Shown here: positions 39,121 through 49,516 of the stretch, in pieces
Position numbering within the stretch: the first letter of the stretch is position 1
Layout: the number at the start of each line of letters is the position of its first letter
From: Candidatus Babeliales bacterium
GTDB lineage: Bacteria > Babelota > Babeliae > Babelales > JANWKD01
Assembly (NCBI GenBank): GCA_963722075.1
Contig: CAVRJM010000001.1
Span: 1 to 64,000 of the forward strand
Length of the DNA: 64,000 nt
Reading direction: 5' to 3'
Position numbers and translations under genes: made by a program
Notes under the pieces: model-generated
The model's database searches: none
What the model was told of the DNA's origin: nothing
What the model saw: the letters and a program-made list of their open reading frames with translations, nothing else

Positions 39121-39738
39121 ATGACGTATTTAACTTGGGATAATAAAGGGGATGTAGAACAGTTCATAAGAATCTTGCATGAAGGCAAGGTGGTTGTGGG
39201 TTCTTCTGATACCGTATTAGGATTATATTCTGATAGCACGTATAAGGGCTTTCTTTCGCTTAATGCTATAAAGGCGCGGGGCGATAAACCTTATTTGCTG
39301 CTTATAGACAGTAAAGAAAAGGCTGAATTATTCGTTGATTCAACGTATTTGTTACAAATGGAAAAGTTAATGCATGGCTGTTGGCCGGGGCCGCTAACAA
39401 TAATCTTTCCTGCAAAACCAGCGACGGCATCTTATTTGATGGGTAAGGATGGTACTGTTGCCTTGCGAGTGCCAGCCCATAAGCAGTTATTGTATGTTTT
39501 AAAACATTTTAATGCGCTTTTTTCAACGAGTGCTAATATAAGCGGCGGTGCCGTTCCCAGTACTCTTGCTCAATTAGATCCTGCTATTATGGATGCCACT
39601 GAATACATTATTACCGCAAAGGATCAAATAATTACTCCGACGGTTCCTTCTACCATTATTCAATGGACCGTTGATGGTTTTGTTGTAATAAGAGAAGGCG
39701 CTTATTCTAAACAATTCTTGGAGCAACTCTGTTCATAA
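39121..39738 (+). CDS. tsaC: L-threonylcarbamoyladenylate synthase (Sua5/YrdC/TsaC)
   Basis: SDTVLGL, KAR..KP, WPGPLT, ALRVP, STSANISG, PSTII and REGA. Confidence 0.92.
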   Translation: MTYLTWDNKGDVEQFIRILHEGKVVVGSSDTVLGLYSDSTYKGFLSLNAIKARGDKPYLLLIDSKEKAELFVDSTYLLQMEKLMHGCWPGPLTIIFPAKPATASYLMGKDGTVALRVPAHKQLLYVLKHFNALFSTSANISGGAVPSTLAQLDPAIMDATEYIITAKDQIITPTVPSTIIQWTVDGFVVIREGAYSKQFLEQLCS

Positions 39739-39814
39739 ACGTTAAAGCATTGACTTTTTGATCCTTACTAGCGTTATTATAATTACAGATGCTTTATAGG
39801 GTTAGGGGAAATGT

Positions 39815-40300
39815 ATGAAGCAAACATACAGTGGGTTTACTATGATAGAGCTTATGATAGTAGTGGCTATCATAGGCTTTCTTTCAATGTTGTCGATTCC
39901 AAGTTTTTTACGATTTTTATCAAAAGCAAAACGCGCAGAAGCGTATATGAATTTAGGATCATTATATGTTTCTCAAAAAGCATACTGGGCTGAAAATGGT
40001 ACCTATTCATCTATGCTGCATGGGAAAAATGGCATAGGATGGAAACCGGAAGGTTATTCTGGTGGTGGTGTACAAGAAAAATTCAATTACACCTACGGTT
40101 TTAATCAGGGTCAAGAAGGACAACATTTTTTTACGGGTAAATTAAAAGCGCCACAATCGGCATTAGGTGTCACTAAAGCTGACCAAGAAGGTTTTATTAT
40201 TGCAGCTGCAGCTGATATTGATGGCGATGGCATTTATGATCTATTAACGGTTAATCAAAATAATGATATTCGTGTTATTACTGACGATCTGAGTAATTAA
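39815..40300 (+). CDS. Type IV pilin
   Basis: Prepilin motif GFTMIELMIVVAIIG; AKRAEA. Confidence 0.92.
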   Translation: MKQTYSGFTMIELMIVVAIIGFLSMLSIPSFLRFLSKAKRAEAYMNLGSLYVSQKAYWAENGTYSSMLHGKNGIGWKPEGYSGGGVQEKFNYTYGFNQGQEGQHFFTGKLKAPQSALGVTKADQEGFIIAAAADIDGDGIYDLLTVNQNNDIRVITDDLSN

Positions 40301-40313
40301 TAAAGCGAGAGCT

Positions 40314-41069
40314 TTATGGTAACGAATGAAAAAAGAATGAAGATAATTGTGCCGGGTAAAGACTATACAGTAATGCTCCCAGTGCTAAAAAAGGACCAAA
40401 TGGAATTTTAGCAGAGCGATTTTTATAGAAAAAAATATATATAATTCCATATATAGAACCTATAGCGGAAGCAATAAGAAGTGTTATCCACCATCCCATG
40501 ATTCCTAAAAAAGAACCAATAACCATTAATAATTCAACATCTCCTTGTCCCATTCCTGTTTTTTGAGTGCACCAATAAAATAGTTTATTAATTACATACA
40601 AGAATATAAAGGCAGTTGCGCACCCAGTGATGCTTTGGATGATGGTGATCGGCAATAACTGTAAATAGCTTACTAAAAAACCTACTGGAATTAAAAAAAT
40701 GGTAGTAAAACGCGAAATGAGCATATGTTCTAAATCAGTACGGATAGTAATGATGAGCGCTGAGAAAAAAATAAAGTAGGAAATTTGATACTGATGAGGG
40801 ATAGTTATGAGGAGCGCCATTAATAAAAAAACCGTAAGGGCTTCAATAAAAAAATAGAGCCAACTAATGGGTTGCGCACACCAACGACAGTTACCTTTTA
40901 AAATAAGCCAAGAAAGAAGCGGAATTAAATCATACCAAGCGATGGTTTTATTGCAATGAGGGCAAAATGAACGGAGACGTAATAAGCTATCTTCAGAAAT
41001 TAAGCGATAGGCGAGCATATTAAGGAAAGAACCCCACACCAAAAAAAAAGGAATATAATAGATAATTAT
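40314..41069 (-). CDS. pilD: Prepilin peptidase
   Basis: GSFLN, RSFCPHC, WYDLIP, CRWC, D..HMLI, MGQGD and IPFGPFL. The start is uncertain (TTG 41042 or ATA overlapping the rbfA stop). Confidence 0.93.
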   Translation of the reverse strand: MIIYYIPFFLVWGSFLNMLAYRLISEDSLLRLRSFCPHCNKTIAWYDLIPLLSWLILKGNCRWCAQPISWLYFFIEALTVFLLMALLITIPHQYQISYFIFFSALIITIRTDLEHMLISRFTTIFLIPVGFLVSYLQLLPITIIQSITGCATAFIFLYVINKLFYWCTQKTGMGQGDVELLMVIGSFLGIMGWWITLLIASAIGSIYGIIYIFFYKNRSAKIPFGPFLALGALLYSLYPAQLSSFFFHSLP

Positions 41070-41434
41070 AGCTCCCCCTTTTCTTTGAGCGATTCTAATA
41101 ATTTATTGAATTTTTCCTCTTTTTCATATTGCTCATCAAATTTAAAAATTAAATCAGGGGTATAGCGAGACTTAATAGATTTAGCAAGTGCGGTACGCAA
41201 AGACGGTTTATAGAGCTTAAGCGTTTCTAATAGCTCTTTAAATTCCTGCGCCCCGTTTGGCGTATAAAAATAGATAAAACAGGTGCTTTTATCAGAAGAC
41301 AATTTTACGCGACTTATTGCCAAACGAGATAATTGAGGATTATCAGCGGCAGCTTGAAGAAAGAGATACGAGATTTCTCGCATCAAAAGACTTTCTTTTT
41401 GGGCTAATTTTATATTTTTAACACCATTAGGCAT
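41066..41434 (-). CDS. rbfA: Ribosome-binding factor A
   Basis: ISRVKLSSD...LRTALAK...RYTPDLIFKFD. Confidence 0.9.
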   Translation of the reverse strand: MPNGVKNIKLAQKESLLMREISYLFLQAAADNPQLSRLAISRVKLSSDKSTCFIYFYTPNGAQEFKELLETLKLYKPSLRTALAKSIKSRYTPDLIFKFDEQYEKEEKFNKLLESLKEKGEL

Positions 41435-41438
41435 AAGC

Positions 41439-41651
41439 TTAAACAGATCGTAGGGTGGCCATTCTTATATAATTTTGTTTAATTGCTCGAATGAGGCTTT
41501 TACGGCGTTGTTGGGTAGGCGCTTCATAGTAAACAATACGCTTCATATCGCGCGTAACGCCTTCGCGTTCCATTTTCTTTTTTAGCTGTTTTATAGCACG
41601 CTCTAGGTTATTATTAACCTGAATTTCGATATTAGATTTTCGTTTACTCAT
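41439..41651 (-). CDS. rpsU: 30S ribosomal protein S21
   Basis: LERAIKQLKKKMEREG...YYEAPTQQRR. Confidence 0.9.
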   Translation of the reverse strand: MSKRKSNIEIQVNNNLERAIKQLKKKMEREGVTRDMKRIVYYEAPTQQRRKSLIRAIKQNYIRMATLRSV

Positions 41652-41729
41652 TGGTTATCATTAGTCCTTTATAAATTATAGGTAATATCCATATTGTAAA
41701 TTCTTTTTTCAACCCTGTCTATAGAATAA

Positions 41730-43340
41730 TTAGAAAACAGCTCTAAAAGTCCCCATATAGGTGCTAGAACGATATGCATTACGCTGGGCTACCGGGAACT
41801 GAGCAAAGAGTCCTAATTGCAGATTTGGCGAAATATCATAGTATAATGAGGTATTTACAAATTGGGAAACAAACTTAGTGGTACATTCTGCCTGTTTTAT
41901 GATAAATGCTGGATCGGGGCTTACCAGTGAAATATGATCTTGCTCATGTTTTACAAAGACATATTCAGCAAACGCCGATAATCGATCTACAAAATGATAA
42001 GCATTAAATACAGCCCGGAAATTGAAGTTAAGGCCCGGTGCCACATCAACTGCTGCAAAGAATGGAAAGATTCCTTGCTGATAGACATCAGTGGGCAAAT
42101 TATAATGGTTAATGGTGCGTGGGAAAAAGTAGTTAAGGCCGCCATAAAATCCGATTTCCACTGTTTCAACAAAATCAATATCGAAGCCAGCATCAAAACC
42201 AACTGACCAATGCCCATCATTACCAAATGGTAAGGAATACAGCTGCAGGCGTTCTTTTGGCTTTGCTGATGGAATAACAAAATTAAATTCCAAGGAAGGC
42301 ATGAGTAGAAAATAAGCCCAACTGCAGCGATCACGATTAATTTCATAAATATGGCGCCACCAAAAAATAAAGCGGACATCTTCAAATGAGGTTTTTTCAA
42401 AATTACAATCATCAAAACCAATTTGTCTAAAAATTGCACTTGCTCTGCTTGCTTGCATCAGTTGGTTTTCAATCTCTATATACGGATTAGTACAAGAGGA
42501 GGTTATACTCGAATCAGGATTTTCTGCGGGGCATAAACTTGGATCGCATATATCGCACATGGAATAGGTATTGCTTGGCAGTAATACAGGAATATTTCTA
42601 AAAAAGTTATTTCCAAATGGTTGGCCTGGACATAAGGGGCTTGGACAATTGCCGCTCGGATAAGCCATTTGTTCATTTTCAGGGGGAATATTTGGGGTAC
42701 GGTCAAGAAGCGCTGTAACGGTTTGGCGGATTTCAGAAACACCGCCTTGAATGGTAAGCCCTATATCGCAAAACAGAAGCCAATCAAATTGCACGCGCGC
42801 ACCAATTTTACGATAATGGATAGGGACGCTAAAAAAACCGATATTTTGACTGCTGTCAGTGATTACGTAATCATTCGTATCGGTGATAATAATATCTTCA
42901 AAGGATACGGGAACGGGGACAGTGGTTCCCGGGCGAGGAAGTAATGATTGCATAAGATCAGAAAAAATATGTAGTTTAGCGACCCCCAATTGAGTATTTT
43001 GTAGAGACTCACCTATGGGTAAGGGGCCATATAGCATCCCCAACATATTCCATGGGCCAGCAAGATCTCCCAGTAAGCGCTGATCATGGGCAAAATCGCG
43101 CCCGCTCTTAGCTTTTTGATCGAATGCTGAGATTGCTAATGCCCATGTTTCTGAATCACAACATACTTCATTACAACCAATAATCCATTCTTTTTCCCAA
43201 CGGCTTAAATAGGGATCATAAATAGCATTATATACAGGATATGGGTCGTTATTTGCTAAAGAACTCAGAGCCGATAATGAATTATTAAAGAAAATACTGA
43301 TAAACAGAATAATTAGATAGGGCTTCATTAACCAAGTCAT
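41730..43340 (-). CDS. Cys-rich putative outer-membrane beta-barrel protein
   Basis: Signal peptide, amphipathic beta-strands, PFGNDGH motif, C-terminal ...GTFRAVF; Cys/Pro-rich insertion. Confidence 0.6.
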   Translation of the reverse strand: MTWLMKPYLIILFISIFFNNSLSALSSLANNDPYPVYNAIYDPYLSRWEKEWIIGCNEVCCDSETWALAISAFDQKAKSGRDFAHDQRLLGDLAGPWNMLGMLYGPLPIGESLQNTQLGVAKLHIFSDLMQSLLPRPGTTVPVPVSFEDIIITDTNDYVITDSSQNIGFFSVPIHYRKIGARVQFDWLLFCDIGLTIQGGVSEIRQTVTALLDRTPNIPPENEQMAYPSGNCPSPLCPGQPFGNNFFRNIPVLLPSNTYSMCDICDPSLCPAENPDSSITSSCTNPYIEIENQLMQASRASAIFRQIGFDDCNFEKTSFEDVRFIFWWRHIYEINRDRCSWAYFLLMPSLEFNFVIPSAKPKERLQLYSLPFGNDGHWSVGFDAGFDIDFVETVEIGFYGGLNYFFPRTINHYNLPTDVYQQGIFPFFAAVDVAPGLNFNFRAVFNAYHFVDRLSAFAEYVFVKHEQDHISLVSPDPAFIIKQAECTTKFVSQFVNTSLYYDISPNLQLGLFAQFPVAQRNAYRSSTYMGTFRAVF

Positions 43341-43422
43341 TACTCACCTTTCTGGACGAAATCAGATTTTGATATTATATAGCATCTTTATCCTGTAGCC
43401 GTCAACTCCCGTAAATCATAAA

Positions 43423-44628
43423 TTAGGTAAGAAAAAAAACTTCTTCAAAGGAAAAATATAATATAACCAAAGCAGTAATAAGTCCTAAAATTGTTTTAAT
43501 ATTTTGACCTGATTGCCATTCTTTTTTATTGAGCAAAAGCGTTACCATAGAACTAATGAAGGCACCAATAAGAAATATATCAGTTAAGCTAAAAAAAAGT
43601 TCGATACGGCTGATAGTGTAAAATGGAATAAAAATGGCAATTCCCATAGCTATTATAGCAGTTCGATTGGTAATTAACTGATGCTGAAAGGCATTTTTTA
43701 TTACGGTTGATTTACACTTATGCAAATACGTAATCAATAACGTGCTTGCTGACCAAAGCATAGAATGAATGGTTCCCAAAAGAGCAGAAATTATAGAAAG
43801 TTGAATCAGCGTTAAAAGCCAACGATGGGTTGGTAATACATTTTCTAAAATAGTTCGCAGTGAAAGGTTTGGATCGGTAAAATATGAAGCAGGAACTGCA
43901 TAAATAATTGATCCGACAAATACCATATATAAAGTGCCAACTAATAAAATTGAATACCGTAAAGCGCGTGGGACATTTTTTTCCGGATATTCAACGATAT
44001 TAAAAAGGGATGCGGCGCATTCAAATCCAAAAAAGCCAAAAATAACCGCTTTGGTAGCGCTTAAAACGTTACCCATTCCATACGGGAAAAAGGGATGCAA
44101 GTTACTACTATTACCATGCCATAAGCAAATAAGGGTGGTCATAATAATAGGTGAAATGGTACAAATAATGAGAATAATTTGGCCAATTTGAGAGATGGTT
44201 ACGCCAAAAATATTAAATATGACTAAAGAAATTAAAACAATAACTCCCCACATAAAGCTTGAAAGGTATGGTAAAAATTCATGAATATAGCTACCGGCCA
44301 TTTGTGTTAAAAGGCCCATAGCAATAATGAGCCCAATAAGATATGAGCCGGCAGTTAGAAGGCCAGCTATATGGCCACCCCATTGATATGCATAGGTATA
44401 AAATGAACCTTCCTTAGGATATAAATATGCAAGGCGAGCTAATGAAGTACCCATGAACCACACAGCGATAATTACAAATAGGTAGGTAAGCAATCCTGCG
44501 GGCCCTACAAATGAACCGAGCGCAGCGGGTACGCTAAAAATGCCCGCACCAATCATGGCATTCATTCCTATTATAGTGGCGGTGGCAACACCAATTTTAT
44601 TAAGTTGATTAGACATTTTTGTTCCCAT
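43423..44628 (-). CDS. APC-family amino acid permease
   Basis: MIGAGIFSVP, PKEGSFYTY and FGFFGFE...PEKNVPRA. Confidence 0.92.
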   Translation of the reverse strand: MGTKMSNQLNKIGVATATIIGMNAMIGAGIFSVPAALGSFVGPAGLLTYLFVIIAVWFMGTSLARLAYLYPKEGSFYTYAYQWGGHIAGLLTAGSYLIGLIIAMGLLTQMAGSYIHEFLPYLSSFMWGVIVLISLVIFNIFGVTISQIGQIILIICTISPIIMTTLICLWHGNSSNLHPFFPYGMGNVLSATKAVIFGFFGFECAASLFNIVEYPEKNVPRALRYSILLVGTLYMVFVGSIIYAVPASYFTDPNLSLRTILENVLPTHRWLLTLIQLSIISALLGTIHSMLWSASTLLITYLHKCKSTVIKNAFQHQLITNRTAIIAMGIAIFIPFYTISRIELFFSLTDIFLIGAFISSMVTLLLNKKEWQSGQNIKTILGLITALVILYFSFEEVFFLT

Positions 44629-44766
44629 AGTAAATTAATAATATTTTTTAAGAATATAAGAATATAAGAATTTGTAAAAGTCCCAGAAAAGAGGCAGATG
44701 AAATTACTGAATAATTATTGTATAATTGTATAATAAACAGTTGCGCATTTTATTTTAAGGAGGATT

Positions 44767-45359
44767 ATGAGATTTTTATTGTTTCTATTTGTAATGGCTA
44801 TGCCTGGGTTGATATATACGATGAGTTCTAGGGAAAAATTATACGCTAAAAATCCACACTGGCGCCAACTTCACTTACATGCAATGTACAATGGTTTGTA
44901 TCAGGCTGCAAGAAAGAATGAGCTTGTTTCTATTAGTGACCCCAAAAAAAATCTATTAGCAAAAATATTTATAGATTATGGTGATAATACCAAACAGCAT
45001 ATAAAGTATTTAAAACAAATGAATAAAAAACAGATCAACGGCTTAAAACAGAAAACTGCTAATAAAAATATTTTCCGTGATCTAGTGGTATTTTAGCAGG
45101 AGCGGTCTTATATGCACGTCGTTTTTTGATAACAGAAAATAATAGTTTTTTGACCTAAATTGCGCAATTACCAGTTTCTCAAGAAACAACACGAACATTT
45201 TTTAATTATTCTGGTATTGCTTTGGGAGCATTATGTGGTTACAAATGTTTGAAGGGATTCTATAATTGGCTGTTTATTAATAACCATATGGATGAATTAA
45301 AAAGACATAGAAACATTAAAGTGTGGCTTAAAGATATGCCATTGCAACAAGATTTATGA
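44767..45359 (+). pseudogene. Disrupted signal peptide + 2-TM protein (family of 45356..45889 and 46877..47560)
   Basis: The ORF stops at 45096, but downstream frames give a hydrophobic segment and ELKRHRNIKVWLKDMPLQQDL* ending in the ATGA overlap at 45356-45359. Confidence 0.55.
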
Positions 45360-45889
45360 AAAAAATAATCATACTGCCTTTGCTATTATCTAGTTCTTAT
45401 CTTTATGCAATAACTACCGGAAATTCTACGTATAAAAAAATTTACCAAGCGTTTTCTAAGCCAATAAATGAAAATGAATATTATGGGCGTTCTGCTACTC
45501 GCTTTTTCCCCACTAAACGATTAGAAGAGATTTGTCGGGAGAAAATTGAAAAATTAGAATCAAAAATAAAGAAAAATGAGAAAACTGATCCAACCACCTT
45601 ACGAAAGATAAATGTAGGTGGGTTATGGACAGGAATTAGTATTGCTGCAGGCTTTGTTAATTGGAAATATGCACCGTATTCTTCTGCGAATCAAATCAAT
45701 GCATTGCAATATACAATAACAAGCACTTGCATTTTACTTGCCATGTATGGCGGATATTATTCCGTTAAAAATATGTTCACTTTATTTAGATGGAAAAAGA
45801 ATAAAGATAAAATTAATAATTATCAGATGCGATTAGAAACTCATAATAAAGTGATGAAGTGGCTACAAGGCGGAATGATTTTTGATTGA
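45356..45889 (+). CDS. Hypothetical protein: signal peptide, coiled coil, 2 TM
   Basis: Ends THNKVMKWLQ, like its neighbours. Confidence 0.7.
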   Translation: MKKIIILPLLLSSSYLYAITTGNSTYKKIYQAFSKPINENEYYGRSATRFFPTKRLEEICREKIEKLESKIKKNEKTDPTTLRKINVGGLWTGISIAAGFVNWKYAPYSSANQINALQYTITSTCILLAMYGGYYSVKNMFTLFRWKKNKDKINNYQMRLETHNKVMKWLQGGMIFD

Positions 45890-46086
45890 TTATTTCCAAT
45901 CATTAATAGTTTCAATGCGATCAAGATCTTTTTCGGGCTTCAGCGTAAGCTTTTTTTAAAAGTAGGGTTTTAAGGGCTTTATTAAGAGCGACGAGACAAA
46001 AGCATTTAATTCTTTTTCTCCAACAAGCTTATGCAGTAATTTATTCGTTTCGGTTGAAATTGAAAAGTAACATTTATGTTTTTCAT
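45890..46086 (-). pseudogene. Frameshifted ribbon-helix-helix antitoxin-like remnant
   Basis: RBS gaggag, ATG 46086 MKNINVTF, then after a frameshift SISTETNKLLHKLVGEKELNAFVSSLLIKAL. The 3' end is approximate. Confidence 0.45.
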
Positions 46087-46103
46087 GATAACTCCTCTCT
46101 ATT

Positions 46104-46529
46104 TTATATAACTAGATCAATAGAAAGCTCAGGATATATTTTTTTGATCATCGAAATAATTTTTAAGCTCGGATTGCAATTTTTAGTTTCTAGACGTTGA
46201 TAACTATAAATAGTATCAAAACCCATTTTTTCAGCAGCTTCTTTTTGAGTAAGCCCATGTTTGATTCGCCAATAGCGTACAAGAAATGAGAATGCTATTT
46301 GAGGATCGACTGGAACAGTAACAACATTTTTTGAAGTTTTTATGGATTTACTTGGTAATTTTGCAAGATCTTTGGAGTTAGATGGCTCTTGTATATAAAG
46401 ATTTAAAGCTTCTTGCATATTTGTTTGCAGTTCTTCTAAGGTATCGCCTTCAGTAATACAGCCAGGAAGCTCTATACATTGCGCCCAAAAACCGCCGTTT
46501 TCTTTATGAATTTTAAAATGATATTCCAT
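46104..46529 (-). CDS. hicB: HicB antitoxin with C-terminal HTH
   Basis: FWAQCIELPGCITEGDTLEE...EAL plus XRE HTH GLTQKEAAEKMG. Confidence 0.92.
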   Translation of the reverse strand: MEYHFKIHKENGGFWAQCIELPGCITEGDTLEELQTNMQEALNLYIQEPSNSKDLAKLPSKSIKTSKNVVTVPVDPQIAFSFLVRYWRIKHGLTQKEAAEKMGFDTIYSYQRLETKNCNPSLKIISMIKKIYPELSIDLVI

Positions 46530-46531
46530 AA

Positions 46532-46728
46532 TTATTCCCCTTTAGTTATAGTTTCTAATAACTTTCTCAAAGCATGTTCTGTCCCTTTTTTTAATTCTTT
46601 ATGATCTGGGATAATAATAGTAGGACAACCGCTTTTTTTTATTTAATATGACTCCCTTTGCCACCGGCTACTATTTTATATCCTGCTTTTAAAAAAAGCT
46701 TGCATAAATCGTTCCCACTTATAGGCAT
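46532..46728 (-). pseudogene. hicA: HicA toxin, frameshifted
   Basis: MPISGNDLCKLFLKAGY...GKGSHIK, a one-base loss next to the T8 run 46633-46640, then ...IIIPDHKELKKGTEHALRK. Confidence 0.85.
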
Positions 46729-46876
46729 AATCATTATCCTTAGAAGTCTATTTAATAAGAAGTATACCAAATATAGTTGGTATGATTCAAGAGGCAAAAA
46801 TGATCTTTGATTGATCAAATCAGCAATTTAGAGCTATACTATTTAAAATTCATATTAGTAGCAGAAGGGTATCCCC

Positions 46877-47560
46877 ATGAATAAAATAATAGCTTTGATA
46901 TTAATAATTACTTCTTATATACCAGGTGTGTTTTCTTACGAATTTGATGACCTTTCTTGGGAATTCAAACAAACAATGATTGATGCAATCAATGATTCTA
47001 AAAAAAAGGAAAATAAATCAAAAAAAATAGCGCAAAAATCTAATAAAAATGAATTTTCTTCTCAATCTTCTACCGCTGATCAACCCACAAATTCTTTCGA
47101 ATCACAAAAGCCAATACAAGTAAATACTGAAACAGAATATTCTTACAAGCCGCTATTAACCTACGATGAATTAATGGTTCATTTTGATCACTACAAAGAT
47201 GGAAAACAATTAAGTAATTTTAAAGTAGATAAAGAATTATTATTAGCTCGTGCACACAATGAAATAAAATATTTGGATACATTAGCCAAGGAAGCAGGAA
47301 GTCAAGGCCGTTATGTAGCTAGAATACTTATTACAGGAGGGGCAGCGCTTTGTGCCGTATTGCCATGGATTGCAGTTCTATGTGGATATTCGATTGATAC
47401 TAAGCATGGGCTGTGTTGGAGTGGTGGAAGTATTTTAGTTGGTGGATATGCTGGCAAAGAGGCATTAGAAGCTAAAAAAGCATGGGATACCAATAAGAAA
47501 TTTATTGCAATAAAAAATAAGCATATTGAACTACGCGATTGGTTACAAAATCTGCCATGA
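46877..47560 (+). CDS. Hypothetical protein: signal peptide + 2 TM
   Basis: Ends KHIELRDWLQNLP. Confidence 0.7.
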   Translation: MNKIIALILIITSYIPGVFSYEFDDLSWEFKQTMIDAINDSKKKENKSKKIAQKSNKNEFSSQSSTADQPTNSFESQKPIQVNTETEYSYKPLLTYDELMVHFDHYKDGKQLSNFKVDKELLLARAHNEIKYLDTLAKEAGSQGRYVARILITGGAALCAVLPWIAVLCGYSIDTKHGLCWSGGSILVGGYAGKEALEAKKAWDTNKKFIAIKNKHIELRDWLQNLP

Positions 47561-47812
47561 AATTATGTGCTTATTACCAAGCGCAAGTAAAAAGATCTGA
47601 TACCTGGTTTTTAACCGCAACGTTGCGCAGTTTTGAACATCTTTGCTTTGATCGGGCGCTAAAAAAAGAAGAATAGTTTATTTGAATTTTTTGTACCGCA
47701 CGATTTGGAAACATATTTTTTAACGGTAATGGAGTATTACCAACAACAAGGTATTATAACTGAGTTTAAAAGAGTTCCTAATAGATTAGAAAATCCAGAA
47801 GAACAAGTGTAA
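47557..47812 (+). pseudogene. Small conserved-looking protein (DUF4911-like), frameshifted; absent from the ORF track
   Basis: ATGA-coupled start MKLCAYYQAQV...LRSFEHLCFDRAL; frameshift at the A7 run about 47661-47667; continues NSLFEFFVPHDLETYF...PEEQV*. Confidence 0.6.
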
Positions 47813-47925
47813 CAATGGAAAGAATAATTAGATGATAAAAAAACTATTCATAGTTTTATCGCTCGTAATGATTTTTGCAAATCTATCGCAAGTGAGAAAT
47901 CTTTTCTTTTGCAATGATTTAATAT

Positions 47926-49368
47926 TTATACAAATTTTTCCAAACGTCTCTTACTTTCTTGCGGTCCCAAAATAGTAATAATATCTTTAATTGCTGGCCC
48001 ATGAATAGATCCGGTAAGTAATAATCGTAAAATAGTAAAGAGTAATTTGATTGGAATTTGAGCAGTTTTGGCATCACTTTTGAGCTGCTCTAAAAACTGA
48101 TCAGCATTTTCAATAGTACTCAGATGTTTAGTAATAATAGCTTGTAAGGTTGGCTGCAAATCTACCGGAATATGTTCTAAAATGGTTTCCTTAGAAAGAA
48201 TCGGTTCTTCAAAATAGAAATGCAATTTTGCCACCGCATCGTTGAGCGTAGTTAATTCAGATTTGATGACTTGTAGCAAATTAATCAACTGATGATGTTC
48301 AATATTTTTTATTTGTGGATATGCCGCTTGAATATACGGCAAGGTGCGTTGTGCTAATTGTTCAGGATCATAATGCTGTATCCATTTATGATTAACCCAT
48401 TTTAATTTTTCTACATCATATTTAACTGAGCTGGTTGGCTTAATATGATCAAATGGCATGGCTTTAATAAGTTCTTGCATGCTCATAATTTCATGTTCGA
48501 ATGAACCGCCACCGATGATTGCTAAATAATTAGTAATTGCTTCCGGTAAAAAGCCATTATTTTTTAAATCATTAAGGGAGAAGCCAAAATCTCTTTTGGA
48601 TAGTTTTTTCCCATCAACATTACAAATAATAGGCAAATGCCAAAAGAGTGGCGCTTTTACGCCAAATGTTTCATATAAAACAATTTGGCTGGCCGTGTTT
48701 GAAAGATGATCTTCGCCACGCAGTACGTAGCTTATATTCATAAGCATATCATCGACACAATTGGCAAATATAAAGGTGAAGGTGCCATCAGATCTGCTTA
48801 CGGGGAAGTCAGAAAAATGGTTCATATCAAAATTAATAACATCATGGGCCAAGTCATGAACAGCAGCCACATAATCTTCAGGGATTTTAAAACGCCAAAT
48901 GAAGGGAATGCCTTCTTTTAAATTAATTTCAATTTGTTCTGAAGTTAATTTAAGACAGGTGCGATCGTAGCGAGGTGCAATTTTAAGGGCTATCGATCGG
49001 GCACGTTTGCGTTCTAATTCTTCTGGGGTACAGAAACAGCGGTATACCGCGTTTTTATCCTTGAGAAAATCCAGTTGGCTTTGATAAATAGCCGTACGCT
49101 CCGATTGGTAATAAGGAGCATAAGGACCTCCTTTTTGAGCCCCTTCATCATACGTTAAACCTAACCAGGCTAAATCCAGTAATATTTGTTGAGCCTGAGG
49201 GTCAAAATTACGATCGGGATCGGTATCTTCAATACGGATAATGAAAGAACCGTGTTTTTGCTGTGCAAATAGATAATTTAATAAGGCGGTACGAACGTTG
49301 CCTAAATGCATAATTCCGGTAGGAGAAGGCGCAAATCGTACACGAATAAGATTATTTTGAGTTTCCAT
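47926..49368 (-). CDS. gltX: Glutamate--tRNA ligase
   Basis: RFAPSPTG.MHLGN (HIGH), RIEDTD, RGEDH and KLSKR (KMSKS). Confidence 0.97.
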   Translation of the reverse strand: METQNNLIRVRFAPSPTGIMHLGNVRTALLNYLFAQQKHGSFIIRIEDTDPDRNFDPQAQQILLDLAWLGLTYDEGAQKGGPYAPYYQSERTAIYQSQLDFLKDKNAVYRCFCTPEELERKRARSIALKIAPRYDRTCLKLTSEQIEINLKEGIPFIWRFKIPEDYVAAVHDLAHDVINFDMNHFSDFPVSRSDGTFTFIFANCVDDMLMNISYVLRGEDHLSNTASQIVLYETFGVKAPLFWHLPIICNVDGKKLSKRDFGFSLNDLKNNGFLPEAITNYLAIIGGGSFEHEIMSMQELIKAMPFDHIKPTSSVKYDVEKLKWVNHKWIQHYDPEQLAQRTLPYIQAAYPQIKNIEHHQLINLLQVIKSELTTLNDAVAKLHFYFEEPILSKETILEHIPVDLQPTLQAIITKHLSTIENADQFLEQLKSDAKTAQIPIKLLFTILRLLLTGSIHGPAIKDIITILGPQESKRRLEKFV

Positions 49369-49448
49369 AAGATCAATTATTAAGCTTTTTTATATTTAGT
49401 TTAACGGATAGTTTTTTTAAGTCTAGAATTGAAATTTATTCCTTTTTT

Positions 49449-49478
49449 TTGACATTAATTCAGTCGATTTGTTAAGTT
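49449..49478 (+). promoter_or_regulatory. Putative sigma70 promoter
   Basis: TTGACA-18 nt-TAAGTT with TG upstream of the -10, ahead of RBS aaggaga and ATG 49517. Confidence 0.35.
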
Positions 49479-49516
49479 TGCGTCCAAAGGAATAAAAATA
49501 AAAAGGAGAGAGTATC

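Noticed and set aside
44649..44671. taagaata x3 tandem repeat
   Set aside because: Short AT-rich repeat; insufficient evidence for function.
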